A stretch of DNA of 64,000 nucleotides from Planctomycetota bacterium (GTDB lineage Bacteria; Planctomycetota; JAPUJT01): the NCBI GenBank assembly GCA_027296055.1, contig JAPUJT010000021.1:1900-65899 (forward strand), in the 5' to 3' direction. Positions 62,951-64,000 of this stretch are shown piece after piece; position 1 is the first letter of the stretch, and each line of letters opens with the position of its first letter. The position numbers and the translations under genes were made by a program. Under the pieces are notes generated by a model that worked only from the letters and a program-made list of their open reading frames with translations, did not search any database and was not told the DNA's origin.

Positions 62951-64000
62951 TTAGCAGTCGGCGTGTCCGGCCACGGTCTTGGCCTGGAAGGAATTCTTGC
63001 CGCCTCCACGCGAGAGGATCTCCTCGATCCGTCCGCCCTCCCACGCGCCGAAGAAGGCGTCCACCACCTCCGGATCGAACTGGGTGCCGGAGTACCGACG
63101 GATCTCCTCGCAGGCGAATTCGGGTGACTGCCGGGGGCGGTAGACGCGAGTGCTCGTGATGGCGTCGAAGGTGTCTGCAACGGCCATCAGCCTTCCCTGG
63201 ACCGGGATGGACTCACCCGCCAGGCCCGCGGGATAGCCTGCTCCGTCATACCGCTCCTGGTGGCAGAGAATGTAGGGGATGATAGGTTCGAGGAAATCGA
63301 TCCCTTCCAGCATTTTGGCCCCGATCTCCGGGTGCTTCTTCATCGATTCGTACTCGGGCGTACTGAGCCGCCCGGGCTTTTTCAGGATCGAGTCGGGGAT
63401 CCCTATCTTGCCGATGTCGTGCAGGACGCCGCCCATCTCGATCTCTTCCAGGCGCCCGTCATCCCAGCCGAGGTGCGTAGCGATCTCCTGGGCGTATCGG
63501 GAGACTCTCCAGGTATGACCCAGGGTATAGGAGTCCTTCGCCTCGATCGAGTTGGAGATCACCGTCAGGATGTCCATGTATGCCCGGCGGAGGTCCTCGC
63601 TCTTGCTGAGCAATCGTCGCGCCTGCTCTATCAGGGCCAGGCTTTTCTGGTCGACCCGCGCCTCGAGATGCAGGCGGTAGGCCTCGTTCTCGCGGACGAG
63701 ATGGATCTTCTCGAAGGCACGAGCCACCGAGCTGAGGACGACCTCGCCCTCGAACGGCTTGCGAATGAAGTCGTAGGCGCCGAGCTTGAGGGCGTGTATC
63801 GCCACGTCGACGTCCGCCGCCCCGGTGACCATGATCACCTCGACCTCCGGCCGGGCAGACTTGATCTGCTTCAGCAGCTCCAGGCCGCTGATCCCTGGCA
63901 TGTGGATGTCGGCGACGAGAAGGGCAAACTCAGGATTCTCTTTCAGCTGCCGCAGGGCCACTGCGGCGTTGTTGGCGACCTGACACTCGTACCCGGACAC
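62951..64000 (-). CDS. Response regulator (REC) fused to an HD-GYP c-di-GMP phosphodiesterase domain; N-terminus outside window
   Basis: REC: LLVADIHMPGISGLELL, VIMVTG, DFIRKPF. HD-GYP: LGHTWRVSRYA, GGVLHDIGKIGIPDSILKKPGRL, KKHPEIG, HQERYDGAGYPAGL. The ORF runs off the window end. Confidence 0.85.
   Translation of the reverse strand: MSGYECQVANNAAVALRQLKENPEFALLVADIHMPGISGLELLKQIKSARPEVEVIMVTGAADVDVAIHALKLGAYDFIRKPFEGEVVLSSVARAFEKIHLVRENEAYRLHLEARVDQKSLALIEQARRLLSKSEDLRRAYMDILTVISNSIEAKDSYTLGHTWRVSRYAQEIATHLGWDDGRLEEIEMGGVLHDIGKIGIPDSILKKPGRLSTPEYESMKKHPEIGAKMLEGIDFLEPIIPYILCHQERYDGAGYPAGLAGESIPVQGRLMAVADTFDAITSTRVYRPRQSPEFACEEIRRYSGTQFDPEVVDAFFGAWEGGRIEEILSRGGGKNSFQAKTVAGHADC

Noticed and set aside
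1-64000. Scan for CRISPR arrays, tRNA/rRNA genes, integrases, transposases, reverse transcriptases, toxin-antitoxin pairs or known defence-system hallmarks.
   Set aside because: None were recognisable by eye. There are no regularly spaced direct repeats beyond the two 24-nt duplications, no cloverleaf-like segments in the few spacers, and no ORF with the corresponding catalytic motifs. A proper tRNAscan, Rfam or defence-HMM run could still find something I missed.

Overview
High-GC (roughly 63-65% by eye) bacterial chromosomal segment, probably from an uncultured diderm lineage, since lpxH and many lipoproteins or OM-like proteins are present. It is densely coding on both strands. All calls come from reading the supplied translations and the DNA and recognising family signature motifs from memory; no searches were run.

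I see no rRNA, tRNA, CRISPR array, transposase, integrase or phage genes.

Content in order:
- 3' end of a divergent M1 peptidase, followed by a decayed duplicate of its tail
- beta-propeller lipoprotein
- AddB/AddA helicase-nuclease pair
- MFS transporter
- CRTAC1/ASPIC FG-GAP protein
- triple-parvulin PPIase
- ApbE
- M28-PDZ peptidase
- GT4 glycosyltransferase
- holA
- SLC13/DASS transporter
- lpxH
- HU/IHF
- dapB
- DRTGG ATPase
- tsaE
- thiL
- a 1269-aa tandem double acyl-CoA synthetase
- a second-messenger module (LacI-HTH::PilZ plus cNMP-binding/DUF4388), next to 3xPDZ and HEAT-VWA proteins
- unknown lipoproteins and two paralogous OM-like proteins
- a 742-aa GreA-family protein
- galE
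- a glycan island, described next
- a Cys/His-repeat lipoprotein
- a partial REC-HD-GYP regulator

The glycan island contains two alkaline-phosphatase-superfamily (NPP-like) paralogs, a LOG protein, sat-NPP-cysC (PAPS synthesis), a divergent pseB-C-F-G-H-I nonulosonic-acid operon, an unknown GT-B-like protein and a GT2::LPS-kinase fusion.

Most interesting candidate: the tightly coupled sat-NPP-like-cysC operon set back-to-back with the pseudaminic/legionaminic-type operon, with no recognisable sulfotransferase. This may be an undescribed route to a sulfated nonulosonate glycan.

Other notable items:
- the HxH-x5-CxxC repeat lipoprotein
- the HTH::PilZ putative c-di-GMP transcription factor
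- the giant GreA
- the double ACSL fusion
- an inverted pair of 24-nt tandem duplications inside addA
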